A stretch of 64,000 nucleotides of DNA from Monocercomonoides exilis PA203 (GCA_001643675.2 LSRY02000001.1:1674001-1738000); one strand, 5' to 3'. Numbered from the stretch's first letter, positions 34,901 to 49,459 are shown. The notes: generated by a model from the letters alone, not told the origin. Numbers and translations: made by a program.

Positions 34901-37899
34901 TACTCCTTCTCCCAGAACAAAGCGCATTCCTCGCACCCCAAAGCGCAAAAGTGGAATTATTTCCTCTGCATCGTCCCCAACTGCTACTCCTCGTTCTCCT
35001 CGTTCTCCTCGTTCTCCTCGTTCTCCTCGTTCTCCTCGTTCTCCTCGTTCTCCTCGTTCTCCTCGTTCTCCTCGTTCTCCTCGTTCTCCTCGTTCTCCTC
35101 GTTCTCCTCGTTCTCCTCGTTCTCCTCGTTCTCCTCGTTCTCCTCGTTCTCCTCGTTCTCCTCGTTCTCCTCGTTCTCCTCGTTCTCCTCGTTCTCCTCG
35201 TTCTCCTCGTTCCCCTCGTTCTCCTCGTTCTCCTCGTTCTCCTCGTTCCCCTCGTTCTCCTCGTTCTCCTCGTTCTCCTCGTTCTCCTCGTTCTCCTCGT
35301 TCCCCTCGTTCTCCCCTAAGCCCGTTTTATTCTCCAACTTCTCCGCTTCTTGTGGCCGAGTCAACAGCCGCCACACTCCATCGCGCTGGAATTGATGTCA
35401 GCAGACCGAAATGGCTGGACTTAGGAAGTTCAATGCGGAGCAATAGAAGCAGACTGTCTGGCATGCGTGGTTCATTTGATGATCAGCTTTTCTCGTCAGA
35501 TTTGTTTAGGAGTGGAAGTGGAGATGAGTTTGATTCAGATGATGTTTCGAGCATGTCAGAAATGGGATCTTTGATGTTTGATGACAGCTTGGATGTGAGT
35601 GACACAAATGATGATATGACTTCTCCACGATATCCACTGGGAGTTGTCAGGGGGACACTTGTCCCAATTCATCCAATGAAAAGTGTGTTTTCTGTTTCTG
35701 AAAAATAAAATTTTTATAATAATTTTTATAATTTGTTTTTTTATAAATGTTTTTTTTTTCTCTATTTTTGACTTTCCTAATTTAGAATCTCCACGCGATT
35801 CCAGATGGATGCCTCGCTCGCCTTTGGCAATGTCATTCAGAAAGCAATCTGCTTCACTTTCTATTTCTGAAGGGCAGAAAGGCTTATTGCCCAATGATTC
35901 GCTCAATAATTCCATGAACAACAATTTTGAGGGATCAATGAACTTGCCTCGTCCAATTCCGAAGCAGCCTTATTTTTACAATTCCATGTCAGATTCTGAC
36001 ATGAGCAGCTTGGATGGCTTTGATGCATGGAGCACAGATACTCCGAATGACGAAAACAGACTAAGTTTAAATGGAACGTTCCAACCAGGAAGCGGCGATG
36101 AGCAAGCAGAAGGAAAGGAATCGGCTTTGAAAAGAACTCACTCTGCAATATTGAAGTACCATTTGCACCACAAACATCACTCTCGACAAGATCATCGTGG
36201 AAGGTCAGACAGCAGACACACGTCAGTTTCTGAAGATTCAGGTAAAACAGAGCCCAGCAACACTTTTGCGATTCCACCGGGTGTTGATCCAATCAAGTTT
36301 GCAGAGAAAATTATGAAGATGGGAACAAAAGTGAAGGAAATGCGCCTTCAGCAGATGAGAAGAAGGGAAAGGATGAGGAGAAAGAGAGAAAAGATGAAAA
36401 AAAGAAGAAAGAAATCAAAACAAAGCGAGGAAAGAACAGGGAAAGAAAAGGAAGCAGATGGATCAGACGCAAAGGGAGATAAAAGCAAAAAGAAGAAGAA
36501 GGACAAAGAAAAAGAAAAAGAAAGCGAAGAAGCCAACACAGACAACGATTTCTTTAAGTTCGAGGAAGAGATGAGTGAGATGGAGCTGTTTATCGCCAGG
36601 CGCATCCAGCGGGAGCTGTTCAAGTCGACAAAAGAGACCAGCGAGAAAGACAGAGTCAAAGAAACAGTGGCACTCCATCGCCTAATGATGAAGAGGATGA
36701 AAGGGAGCGGGTCTTCAAAGTCCAAAGGATCTTCGAATGAGAGGAAGTCGCCTCGACGCAAAGCAGACGAAAAGAGAGAGCGGAAGAAGATTCAGAGGGA
36801 AGCGATGAAAGCAGCTGCAAAAGACCGAAGGAGGCGGCGGAGGGAAGAGCTACGTGTGCAGCGGGAAGCCGAGCGAGAGGCGAAAAGGAAAGCGGAAGAG
36901 GCGCGGCAGGAGCATCTGCACAACCTCGTCTCCTCGTTCGACTTGGCGGTGCAGGAGTTTCTGAAGATGACGCAGTGGACAATGGCAGAGGTGTCAGCAT
37001 TTTTTGAGCTGGGGGTTTCGACTGGCCTTCTGTCGAATGTGCAGCTGGTGGGGCCGATGAGCAAGGTGCACCAGGAAAGGTTGTTTGGAGAGAACACATC
37101 ACTCGCCCCTCCCTCTGTGTTAATTGGGTGCTACGACATCGATGGATACCTTCCGCTGGCGCAGTTTGTGAGGCTGCTGAATGAACTGGGGATTGAACGG
37201 CGCTCTTTTGCAGAGCATTTGTACTGGGTGGTTGTGCTGAGTGGGATTGAGATGGAGAGAATTTCCAAAGTGTTTGGGAATGAAGAATGCAACATTTCAT
37301 CAGGAAACAACACTCCTGTCACTTCTTCTGTCAATCAGTCGTCAAGACAATCTTCTGCATCGTCATCGCCTTCTTCATCGCGAACATCCTCGCCAGTTTC
37401 AGAGGCTCCACATTTGAACGCCTCGGGAACGTTGTCAACTTTAAACAAATCGCAAACAAACATATCTTTGAGCAACCCTTCCATAAACATTTTGAAGCAC
37501 CCAATAACAAACCAGCTGATCAACAGAAAACTGAAGCAGCCATTAATTAATTACTCGCTACCTCCAGTGTCTGTGGCTGATGTGATGCGCTACATCGATA
37601 AAAACAACAGTGCTTGGCGGGACGACAGCTCTTCAAGCAGCGATGAATATGAAGAAGAGGAAAACATTGCTGTTGTGAATAAACCTCAAGTGAATACGAG
37701 TGGAAATGAAATGAACGTTCCTGCTGCTTCTCTTTTGATTCCAATTATGGCAAAAGAGAATGCCTCTGACGATTCTCTTGGAGGCAATAGCGAAAGGACA
37801 CATTTGTTTTCTACTCCATCGTCGAGATTTATGTATCAAAGTGAAATCAGAAAAGCACAAGACCTTTCAGATCACAGTGAAAGACAGAATTTTCGCAAA

Positions 37900-37932
<33 letters not shown>

Positions 37933-39873
37933 AAAGAATACGAAGCAGTGAAGTCGCGAGTAGAAACAGATATCGGATTCCCATTTGTTGTGTCTTCGAT
38001 GTATTTGACCCTCAGACGCCTGCTTTCTGTCATTGCAGTTTTGACATTCACAGCCAGAATTAATTCCTCAACTCGGTCGATCACTCATCCTTTGAAATCG
38101 TCTCTTTATTCTCTGAGAAGCAGCGCATCTAAAGATAAACTCGAAAAATCGTCAAATCAAAGAACATTGAGCAGTTGTGCAACTGTCTCATCTTTTTCAA
38201 AGTCCAACAGAGGAAGTCCATTCGCCTCTTCTCAGTCAAGATTCCGTCCGCTCTCAAGAACAACATCTATGCCAAGCTTCCGAAGAAGCGCCACAAACAC
38301 CACATTAGCCCCGGCTACTTCTTTAGCATCATTGAAATCAACAGCATCATCCATTGAAACAACGCAGCATCAGGATGCAACTGCAACTGCTGTCAAATTT
38401 GAGCTCTTTCCAGAAGATTTTCCGGACTCCCTTTTTGTCTATCTATCTGATCGCATTCTTTTTCGAGTATTTTCTTTGTTTTCTTCTTCCACTGTGTTGC
38501 AGAGTGCGTGTTCTCCAAGTTTATCTCCATCAGCCTTATCATCCTCCACTTATGCATTAACCTCTTTTATCTCGTCTCTTCCGCAGATAGCAATCAACGG
38601 CCGCTGCTTGTTTGCTCATCTGTGCTCGCTGCAGCCAGAGATTCTCACAGAAGATCTGCTCTCTTTGACCACCAGTGTGATTGTTGAGTGTGACAGAAAC
38701 AGCGACAGCTTGCTTCCATTTGCAGAACTTGGACGCAACGGAAAGGGAGCACCGCACAGACTGCTGGTCTTGTTCAATCAGCTGTGGAGCAGAGGCATCA
38801 AGCCCAAGATTGTCAGCCAGCTTTCGTCTGAAGAAATCCAAATTTCGAAGGAAAACGAAGACATAACAGAAACTCAAGGAGAATCGCAGCAGCTGTTTGC
38901 AGTTGATGAAGCTGAGCATTCCAATGCTGAACCGCCAGCAATGACACCTTTCCATCTTCGCCCAAAGCCAAAGCGCAAAACAACCAGCAATTCGAATTCA
39001 CGTCGGAGTCAATCGCTTCCGCAGAGCTTGTTGCGTCCGTCTTCCTCCGCATCTTCATTGACATCATTTAGCAGCCATTTTGGCTTTTCATCGTCTGATT
39101 TGACGTCTTTCCGTTTTGATCCCAACAGCGATGCCTTCTTCGGGCGTTGGCGGCTGGTTGATCCGCTTCATTGTTCTGTTGTCGTGTGGAGAAAGCGAAC
39201 GAGCGAGAGAGGGCTGTTTGTGGCGTGTGGAGAAGATCTCGACAGCGGAAAAGAAGTCGAAATCTGCCTCCTTTTTGACCGCCAGCTGTGGAACGAGACA
39301 GACGCTGCTGTTTGGTGGGCGCTCAATGGGCGAATGTTTCGGCGAACGTGGAGGCGAGAAATGTGGGCAGAACGTGGGATTTCTGTGGACAAGCCGCTGC
39401 CGGAGCCTTATTGTGGCTATCGCGGGAGATATGAGTTTGATGAGGAAGGAGAAGAGGAAAACAGAGGCATTCGTGTGGCTAGCAGTGTTTCTGATGTGTC
39501 TGAAAGAATTGAGATAGAGCAAGAACAAGAGAAGGCACGTGCTGAAGAAGCGAAAAGGCTGAAGAAAGAGGAAGAAGAGAGAAAGAAAAAAGAGGCAATG
39601 ATGGCTCTGATTGAAAAAAGTGAGCAAGACGCTCAGCAAAATACTCAACAAACAACTTCTGATATTCCACAGCCAACCAGTTCTTCATCGACACATTCTC
39701 GATGCGCAGGATCAGCGCTGGTGAAAGCTTTGAAGAAAAAGAACAAAGCTGCTTCAAAAGGAATTGTTCATACTGTTGCACCAAACATGCAGCCAACACA
39801 GCCAAAGACGAGTACGTTGCCTTCTGTGACAACAAACATCCAAAAGAAGACGATTGCATTTGTTGAGAAATGA
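31929..39873 (+). CDS. ~2600-aa Ser/Pro-rich, largely disordered protein with an (SPR)35 repeat, a charged coiled coil and degenerate EF-hand-like segments
   Basis: ORFs 31929-35708 and 35683-39873 are joined in frame by intron 35683-35785 (GTGTGT...TTTAG, phase 1). EF-like strings are YDIDGYLPLAQF and DRNSDSLLPFAEL. Confidence 0.8.
34995..35309 (+). repeat. Coding minisatellite (TCTCCTCGT)x35 encoding (Ser-Pro-Arg)35
   Basis: 315 bp of 9-bp units. The only variants are three synonymous TCC codons (units 25, 29, 35). Confidence 0.97.
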
Positions 39874-40549
39874 AGCAAATCAATTTAGCATCTTTTTGCA
39901 TAGGCATTAAGTTTATTCTGTCAATTCAATAGTTCATGGCATGACAGAGGAAACGCAAAAAAAAAAAGAAGAAGAAAAATTAAGCTGCGTTCTATTATTT
40001 GTTAGTATCTTTTTGGCAAATAGAAATAGAGTCAGAATCTTATTATGATTATTTATTTCTCAATTTCGTTCGAGAAATAATTCCTCAAATAAGTCCTGCA
40101 TTTGCGAGAATTACCAAAAAATTGTTAAAAATAAAAGAATACTTATCTTTATCTTCAAGAAATAATAATCAGTTTTTCCAAAGAAATAAAATTTTCTATT
40201 GTAGAAACACTTTTTTTCATAAAAAAAAAAAAAAAAAAATGTGTATGTAGACTTTTCAGATTAATATATTTAACAGTTCGAACAATTTTGCAATATTTCT
40301 TTTTGTTTTGAAAATAACATTATCATTTGGATTTTAAGAAAAAGAAAGTGCCAAAAAAATTATTTTTCAACAATAAAAAAGCATAACAACTTCAATTCAA
40401 CATCATCCAAGAACAACAAAATTGATACAAACGAAATCGTTGCATGAAGAAATAAATCAACTGAAGCATTTATTTTTCTTTTGAAAAAAGAAAATTAGAA
40501 TGATTGAAAAAGAAAGGCAGCTCCTTCTTTTTTTCCCTCCTCAATGATT

Positions 40550-42735
40550 TTAGGATTCGAACAAGAAGGCAATTGTGCTGTCTGCGTCTTTTCCACACGC
40601 CACAAATGCTTCAGCCACCATAAAACGCATCTTCCCAGTTATTTCGACGATGTTGTCGACAACCTGCTTCTCCTCATCAGACAACGTGGCATACACTGAC
40701 TTTGGGGATGATGAAGGTGCAGCAGATGAAGAAGAAGAGGAGGAGGAAGTGGAAGTGGAAGGAGATGGAGAAGGAGAAGAGGATGAAGAAGAAGATGATG
40801 TTGTTGATGATGGTGATGATGAAGTTGAAGCAGAAGCAGAAGCAGAAGGTTGGCTTGTGGATGGCTGGGGCTGCGAACTGGCAGCTGGTGTTGCTGTTTG
40901 AGATGAAGAAATTGTTGATTTTGAGTCATCCTTTTCTTCTTTCTTCTCATTCTCCATTTTACCTTCTTCGTTTTCTTTGCTTTCTTTGCTTTCATTCTTC
41001 TCTTTCTTCTCCTTCTCGTCTGTTGGATGAATCGTTTCTTTGCTTTCATCTTCTTTCAGTTCAACTCCTGCCTCTCTCGCAATCTGCTGTAGAGTGCCAT
41101 CAAAAAGATCTGCTTTCAAAGTGACTGTCTTCTCCACGTGCTTCGCTGTTATCACATCGACAAATATGTCTGGATTCACTTTGACTTCTTCTGCTAATGT
41201 CGGCTGTGTCACCAGCAGCCTCTCAAAAATCGCTCGGATTGCTGTTGGCGTGTGGCGAATGATCGATTGAATGCTCAGATGCTGCGGATGGCCGTCCAGC
41301 TGTGATATCAGCTGGGTTCCTGGCTGAGCTTCGGTTGAAGAGGATGATGAAGAGGAAGAAGAAGGAAGAGAAGATATCATAATAATCAATTCAGTTAATA
41401 AAGTCTCTTTGAATTCTTCTGAGTCAATCTGCACAGACGGCTGAGGTTGGGGCTGAGATGATGAAGTAGAAGAAGCTGATGCTGATGCAGAAGCAGAAGC
41501 AGAAGCAGAAGCAGATGGTTGCGCTGAAGAAGGTGTTGAGGCAGACACCGAAGCAGAAGCAGAAGCAGAAGGTGAAGTCGCTGATGCAGTTGCTGTTGTT
41601 GCTGTTGTATTTGACTGCCCCAGCTGCCCCAGTTGCCCTTGCTGTGCGGGTGTCCCATTGACCATTCTGACTGCAGCAGACAGCGGCACTCCAACCTCGT
41701 TGAGCCTCGCCAGCTGTCTGAGCTGGTCATTCGTCAGCCGGTCAAACAGCGTGGGGTCTTCTTCTGTCTCTTCCATCAGCAGTCCCTGCGGCAATTGTGG
41801 TAATTGCTGCAATTGAGGTGCCTGCTGGGTGTTTGTGCTCCCTTGTGCAAGTCCAGCTGAGCGGCGTGGCGGTGCAGTGGGTGTGGGCTGATGTGGATTT
41901 AGCTGCTGTGGTGTTGTCATGGGCTGCGTTGACAAGGGCGTGGAAGAAGTTTGTCTGGATGGTTGAGTGTGTGCAGGCGTAGAAAGTGAAGAAGCTGAAG
42001 GCGCAGTTGATTGTGTCCATGGAGATGGAGATGCTGATGGCGTGCGCTGAAGTGGAAGTGGAGTTTGCTGCGGAAGGGTATTGGCCCCTCTGTGTGGTTG
42101 ACTTCCTGTTGCCGTTGCTGTTTGATGTCTATTTGATGTTCTGTCAGTGTTTGTGGGAGCGCGTGAAGCGGGTTGCGAAGACGCTCCTGCCGATGAAGAA
42201 GGTCCATTTGTTCGAAGTTGGTTCAAAATTGCTGTGAGATCAAATCCGGATGAACGATCAGAGTTTGAGGACTGTGAATTGCTTTGATTTTGTCTTAACA
42301 AATCATCTATCTGATTTTCAATATTTTGGTCAGCTTCTTCTTCTTCCTCTCCATTATCCTCGTCTTCAGGCACTTCAGGCGGTTCCTGATGAAAAATTAA
42401 ACATTTTTAAATTTATTGATTTCAAAAAGAATATCTTTTTGCAAACGGCTTTCAGAAAAAATAATAAAATTGACTCGTCTTCCTAAAGAAATGCAGTTAT
42501 TGAAATGAATGGAAGTTGTTTTATAAATCATCGAATTCAAAAGAAATCATACAAGATAACATTCGGAGATTCTCATTTCATCGCGAAGTAAAATTCCTCC
42601 TTGAACTATGCATTGTTTTTGTAAAGGAAAATTGTATTTTTCTTCAATTTTCTGTTTTACATCTTTAATAGTTTCGTTTTCATCGATATCCAGCGAAAAA
42701 AGTTTTCGGGTGAGTGTTTTGAAATAAATATGCAT
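40550..42735 (-). CDS. RAD23: RAD23-like UBL-STI1/XPC-binding-UBA ubiquitin shuttle
   Basis: N-terminal UBL (MHIYFKTLTRKLFSLDIDENETIKDVKQKIEE), XPC-binding-like segment (SIQSIIRHTP...NPDIF) and C-terminal UBA (LSDEEKQVVDNI...VAEAFVACGKDADSTIAFLFES). Introns at 42483-42552 and 42386-42446. Confidence 0.85.
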
Positions 42736-43404
42736 CTAAAAAATAAAATCAAAATTCTATGTTATACACATATAATTGCCATTTGCAGCAAACATTTTAA
42801 ACACTGATTTATATTTTATTAAATAAAATTATGAAAATATGTATATTTCAAAACTATAAAATACTTCTGATCACGCTTTCATATTTTGGATTGATTGTTT
42901 CGAAATTTCTTTTTAAATTAACTGGAAAATTAATTCAATATATTGAAAATTTATTTGGAGATATTATCATATTAAGTTGGATTGTCAGAACCACTGACTA
43001 TTTAAAGTTTATGAATTTTTATCTTTTCATCTTCTTCATTTCCAAAATTCTAAGAAAACAAGTTTTTTCTACACACATTAACATATGTTTTTCAACTATT
43101 GATATGGCTTGAAGATAACGAAGAATGATTTCACAAAAACCGTTGATATTAAATGAGAAAAGTCATCTGAAAAAACAAACCTAAAATTGTTTTCCTATTT
43201 CATAAATTATACATTTTAAAAATAATTTATTTTATTATAATAAGTTGAATTTAAATTTATTTTTTATTTTTTGATGATAAATGAACACCCATAGTATTAA
43301 AAGTGATTGAGAAAAAGAGCTATTAATTTATCAAGCAAAAGGAGAATATTTAAATAGTTCTATTTTTATTATCGTCTTCTATTTATTAAACTTATGCATA
43401 ATTT

Positions 43405-45862
43405 ATGGAAGTCATGATTGAAAATTCTCGGCCTTTTCCTTCACCTGCGACTATTTCAACAAATATATCACATACGACTTCGCACAAATCAAAAAATAAA
43501 ACATATTACGGAACTATCTCAATTAATGATAATAATAATGAGAATTTAATTCCATCTTATCGTGAGAATGTTCAATTTATTGATCCACATTTATTTGGTC
43601 ATTGGAAAACTGTTTCAACTTCTTCAATTCAAAGCCATGACATAAAGGCAGAAGCCTCAAAAAAGTCCATGATAAAAAGAAAAAAAGGTGTGGCAATAAC
43701 CTTATTTGATGGAAATTCGTTTTTTAAATTCAATATTTTTAATATACATAGTTAATTTAACTGTGTCTTCAAGGATCGTGTCTTTGGCAACATCATGGGC
43801 TCAATTGAACATTTCCTTCGAGGATTTCCTCTTTCTGACATTTCAGACATTAATTCTTTCATCACATCACTATTCTCTTCTCCCTCAAGAATTAAAATCA
43901 ATTGTTAGACAGATTGGAGTGCAGCAGTTTGGCATCAATTGGAAAATACAAGAAGAAATTAAACGGAAATCCATTTTCACAGAAGATGCGTTTCATTTCT
44001 TTTTCTCAAATGAAGAAATTAAAAATGAGGATGATGAAGCTTCATCTCGACTTTCTTTGATACCAAAAGAAATACAAGAATCTTTGAAGAGGAGCTTTGA
44101 ATGTAGTTCTGATTCAACGCTGACTAAGAATCATTCCTCGGACTCAGAGCCTGGTTCATCACCTTTATCACTTCAACCTTCTTCGCCTCAATGTTCTTCC
44201 TCGCCTTCTTCAACGTTATCTGCAAATTCAAATGCCATTTATCCTAACATTAAAGCGCAAAATTCACTTCAGTATCGTTTGCTTCTTATGATTGCGCATA
44301 TAGCTTCATTTTCATCAGCTTCTGGTTCTGACTCTTCTGCCGTTAAAAAGAAGGAGATTGACACAGAATGGATAGTCAGACAGATGAATTTCATTTTGTG
44401 GTGCGTCATTGTTGCAATTGCAGAGCAGTCGATCCATAACAAACGACCTGCTACTTGTTCTTCACAAGCAAAAGAAAAGCAAAGTTGTGTGGCTTCGCCT
44501 GACGGAAAGGAACTGCCTGTGGATAAAGGCGGAATTCAAAGGAATCTGGCTTCGTTGTATTCACTGATTAAAGAAGTTGTGGAGTTGTGTCATGAAAATG
44601 TTTCGAAAGATACAGAAGTTGCAAGGGAAGATGCATCAAGGAACGCTGATGACTTATTATTGGACGATGAATTTTGGGGAATTCCAAGAGATGAAAAGAG
44701 CAAATGCGAAGACAAAAGAGATTCAAATCAAAAAAGTGAAGAGAAAAAAAACGAAGATATTTCTTCCCAGCAACTGCTTAAACAAGATGTTCTTCTTCCT
44801 TCGTGTAGAAATCCCAGATTGGCTCATGTGCTGTCACAAGTATCTTCGCATCTTTATCTGCTTTCGCTGGAATTGTATGGACCAGAGAAACTTGATGATT
44901 CAGAATTGCTATTCCCAATTCCTTCAACGTGTATTGTTCTCATGGCAACTTTCTTACTCTCGCATCTCTTTAACAAGCCTTGGCCGATTCCAGAAATTAA
45001 TCTACTTTGCAATAAAGAAGTTTTTGCACAGGAGGAAGATGAGGAGGAGAAAGAGGATGCTAAAGGAGAAAGAGCAAAATTCTCAAGCAAAACAAGGAAA
45101 CAGGTCGACGATAAGCAGAAAGCATTCAAGCGATTCAGCAGTTACTACGACAAGGATGAAGACGACGATGAAGATGAGCAGGGAAGCTTTTATGAGATAT
45201 ATGCTCATTGGAAAGAGCTCGCTGATCTTACAAAGAAAGGATTGATTGAACTCAGTGGAATTGACAGTGTTGTGTGTGACGTGATTGTTCTTCTTGAGAT
45301 TGTCAAAAGGATAAGCTGTCCGCCTGGCATTACCATTCCTTCGCTTCTGAATCCACAGAATTGCGATGAAGACGAAGAAGCTGTGGATTCTGAGAGTTTG
45401 TGGTTCCGATCTTTGCTGGAAGATTACGGAGATGTGAGTGAAAGCAAGTCAAATGGGCTGTGGATGTTGGTGAAACCAAAGAAACAGCTTTCGAAAAAGG
45501 AGAAACAGAAAATTGAGGATGAGCTAGACATGTTTCAGGCAAATGAGCAGCTGCTCACTGATGCAATGGAATTGTCGCAGTCGATTGTTAACAAACTTCT
45601 GATGGAAGAAATGAAAAAAGACGAAGATGCCCAGAAAGATCGCAGTGTTTCTCTGACACTCCTGACTTCCCCTTTCCTTTTGAGTCATGTGACTTCTCTT
45701 CTGAGAGAGTGTAGTGATAGTCTTTCTCTGTTCCTGTCTGATTATTCTCGCACCACGAGCGGCATTCCGAATCTGCTCCAGTGCAATTTGAGGGTGTTTC
45801 TCGATGCAGAAAAGGCACTTCAGATTTGCGATGAGCTGAGACATTCTACTCATCCTACTTGA
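43405..45862 (+). CDS. Hypothetical protein (~800 aa), two exons
   Basis: ORFs 43405-43755 and 43706-45862 are joined in frame by intron 43688-43751 (GTGTGG...CATAG). No family recognised. Confidence 0.7.
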
Positions 45863-46745
45863 AGAAACATTCTCTTCGTTTCTTTCTCTTTCTTTCTTTC
45901 TTTCTTTCTTAAAGACGGCACCTATGTTAAAGCAAATGATAGGCTTTTCTTATTTCAATTTTTATTATTCATCTCATTGTTTTTAGCTCCATTTTTAGTT
46001 GTATCGATTAAATAATTGAATTGCCCTTTTGAAAATTAAAATTGACACACTTATTCATTTATTCTGTCACATTGTAATTTTCTTTCTTAAATAAGATTTT
46101 TTTGTGAGAAGAAAGCAAATAGGGAAATAGTTCTTCTGTGAAGTCAAAAAAGAATGTTATTGATGAATCAAATCGGATGGTGACTAAATGAATAGCTTTC
46201 GGTAAGTTCCATGGTTGGATATTAAAAGGAAAATAAGAAAGAAAGAAGCTTGATGGGAAAATGGATATTTCTATTTAAGCTTTTTTTTTAAAAAAAAACT
46301 AACTGAAAAGTGATTCAAAAAATGAATAATCATCAAAAAGGCACAGCGAATCTATTAAACGATGCAACATTATCATATGACCAAGATTGATCACACACTT
46401 TCATCATCAAAATGATTCGACTCAATGATAAATTTTATAAAAATTTCAATATGACTTTTAAGTGCCATCTTGAAATTTCTAAAAAAGAGAACGAATTGCC
46501 TCTGGTTCAAATCACCTTCCTCAACAAAAACACATATTTTCATTCCGAAAAGCCCTCTAAATAAATGCTTCAATACTATTTAAAAATGAACAAAAAGAAA
46601 AGAACAGAACATAAGGAAACATAAAAAAGGAAGATGGAATATAAAAATAATGGTAATAATGATAATAGAAAGACTTCGATAAACATAAAAAAACTAACAC
46701 ATCAAAAAAAATCAAGAATAGCAGATTTCTCGATGTGCCGGAGTG

Positions 46746-49459
46746 TTAGAGGGTTGTTTCGTCCACAAGTGCTGGGTATCCACGCTCGTCTTGCTTGGCT
46801 GTCTCGACAACTGGTTCCTTTTGCATTTCTGACGCTGATGCTGATTCTGAAGATGAAGTTGAAGATGAAGATGTCTCAGAGGCAGACGGAACTTCTTGTA
46901 AAGAAGAAGATGATGATGATGATGGTTCAGGTGTTGTAGAAGAAGATGATGATGAAGATGAAGAAGACGATGAAGCGCTCTGCTCTTCTTGTTTCTGTCC
47001 AGCTGCTGCTTTTGAAGCATCAGCAGCCGTCTGCTGTGCAACAGCCGAGCGGGAAGTCGATGATGTAATCACCTTCATCTCCTTCTCCACACGCGCCTCC
47101 TCCTCCTCCATCTGCTCTGCATAGTACTTCTTAATCTTCTCCCTCTTCATCTTGAACGACGGCGTCATCAGCCCGTTGTCAGGTGTCCACTCCTCCGCAC
47201 ACGCCACGATCCCGCTGATCACTTCATACGGCTGCATGCTCTTCTGCTTCACCAGCGGAGCCACGTGGTTCTTGCAGTAGCTGAGAAGGAAGTTACGCAC
47301 TGCCACATTTCGGCTCAGCTTCTGCCGCAGCGAAAGTGGAGGCAAAAGCGGATCTTCAGCGGCGTTTGCAGCAGCTTTTTGCTCTTCTTCGGTGGAGGAG
47401 GAGGATGATGAAGATGACGTTGAAGCAGATGAATTGTCTGCTGAAGTTGATGATGCTGATGCTGATGCTGATGAAGTGCCCTTTTCTGCTTTTGAGTTTG
47501 CAGACTCTGCTTTCTCTTTGTTGGACTGGTTGCCTTCTTTCTTAATTTTCGCCTTTACTTCTGCCACTCTCTTCCTCTCTTCCACAACACCTTCCCACTT
47601 CGACGCACCTGTCTCTGCCTCGTTCTCCTCTGCCACAAGCTCTTCCCAGTTCGGATAGACATACGCAATCAGACACAGCTTCGACTGTGGGGCAGAGATC
47701 ATCATTGCCAAAAGATACTTGTTCTTAGTCAGATAGTGGATCTCCAAATGCTCCGCAGATACAAACTCGCCCTGTGCAAGCTTGAAGATGTTCTTTCGCC
47801 TGTCGATAATGCGCAGTGACTCTGTGCTGTATGGCCCAGGAATCCACTCGCCCACATCGCCTGTGCGGAAGAAGCCGTCCTCAGTAAACGCCTCTGCCGT
47901 CGCCTTCTCGTCTTTGTAGTAGCCCTGGAAGATCTGCGGGCCTTTCACGAGAATTTCTCCACGCGGATACGGCTCGTCGGTGGTGAAGTACTCCATCGAC
48001 GGGATCGACTCCAGCCGCAGCTCGGAATATGGGAAGGCCACACCCACATTCGGAGCATCTGGAGCACTGCGATGTGTGCACGCAACTGCTGCTGCAGTCT
48101 CTGTCAGGCCATACCCTTCCACAACTGGCACGCCAAACACAATGCCCAGAAACTCGTTGATCTTCGGATGCAACGGTGCAGCTCCGCAGTAAATGATTTT
48201 CAGGTTCCCGCCCATCATATCGCGCACCTTCTGGAACACAAGCTTGTCTGCCCATGTTCGTTGTTTCAGACGCTGCTCATACGGTGTCTTCTTCTTTGAG
48301 CTGTACGCCCAGTTGAACAGGAAGCGCTTGATCCACGATGACTTAGCAATTGTCGCATTAACTTTATCGTATGTCTTTGTCAATACACGAGGAACCCCCA
48401 ATAGAATAGTAGGCTTCAGCGCTTGCATATCCTTGGTGAGGTTGCTCATTGATCCCGTGTAATAACCGATAGCCACTCCGTAGATCAAAAACAATATCTC
48501 CAAGCATCGCTCAAAAATATGAGCTAATGGCAAGTACGAAAACAGAATTCCGTTATCGTGCTTAACTGGAAGACGAGTCAGCAGAAGAACACAGCCAGCA
48601 CAGACATTTTCGTGAGTCAGCATAACTCCCTTTGGGGAGCCGGTTGTTCCTGAGGTGTAAACAATTGTGAAAAGATCCTTTGGTGTGACAGGGGAATACT
48701 GTGCAGGATGCTCCGCTCCAAGTTTGCAAACATTGGTAAACAAATGTGTGCTTCCTTCAAACGATTTGCCTTTTGTTGATTGATTGTTGATGGCTATTAT
48801 GTATTCGAGATTCGGAACCTTTCCGCTTGTCTTGAGATTAACTACAAATGGAAGTAAATCAACAGATAAAATAATTCCGCGCATTTCAGAATGTTGCATG
48901 ATATATTCGCATTCTTCAGGACGGTATGCATCATAAACTGGAACGGTGACAATATTTTGTGATGCACAGGCAAAATCACTCACAATCCATTCGACGCAAT
49001 TTTTTGACAAGATTCCAATCTGAAAGAGATCAGCAAATAAAATCGTAAGAAATTTTTGCATTTTCAAAGAGAAAATAAAAAATTGATCGACATACTTTGT
49101 CTCCAGGATTCAAACCAATTTGGCGAAGCCCTGATCCAAAATTATTTACTGTCATCTCAAGTTCTTCGTATTTGAAGTAAAGATATTCTCCCTATAGCAT
49201 ATTTATAGCGCATCATATAAAAAATTCAACAATTAAATTTGCAAACGTATTGACCATTTTCAAGAAGAAGACGATATCCAAGTGCTCTTTTTCCCTTATG
49301 ATCACGGCACATGTCGATAAACTTGCTCTGAACCGTGGCACCTTCCAATTGAAATTCAATTTTCGATTCCTTGAATCCGGGATATGTGTGTATGGCAGCT
49401 CCACCTTCGTATTTCTGAGATTTACTTTCCATCTTCTCGAATAACGGGGTCAAACCCAT
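46746..49459 (-). CDS. ACSL: Long-chain fatty acyl-CoA synthetase (AMP-binding, ACSL/LACS family)
   Basis: Motifs YTSGTTGSPKG, SYLPLAHIFER, EGYGLTE, FFRTGDVGE, IIDRRKNIFKLAQGEFVS and GLMTPSFKMKR. Introns at 49192-49246 and 49020-49095. Confidence 0.93.

Noticed and set aside
34951-35376. (LLV)n and (ENE)n ORFs, or a CRISPR-like array
   Set aside because: These are alternative frames of the 9-bp SPR repeat. There are no unique spacers.
43405-45862. Faint resemblance to PPP1R36
   Set aside because: Only one short segment is similar, which is not enough to name the gene.
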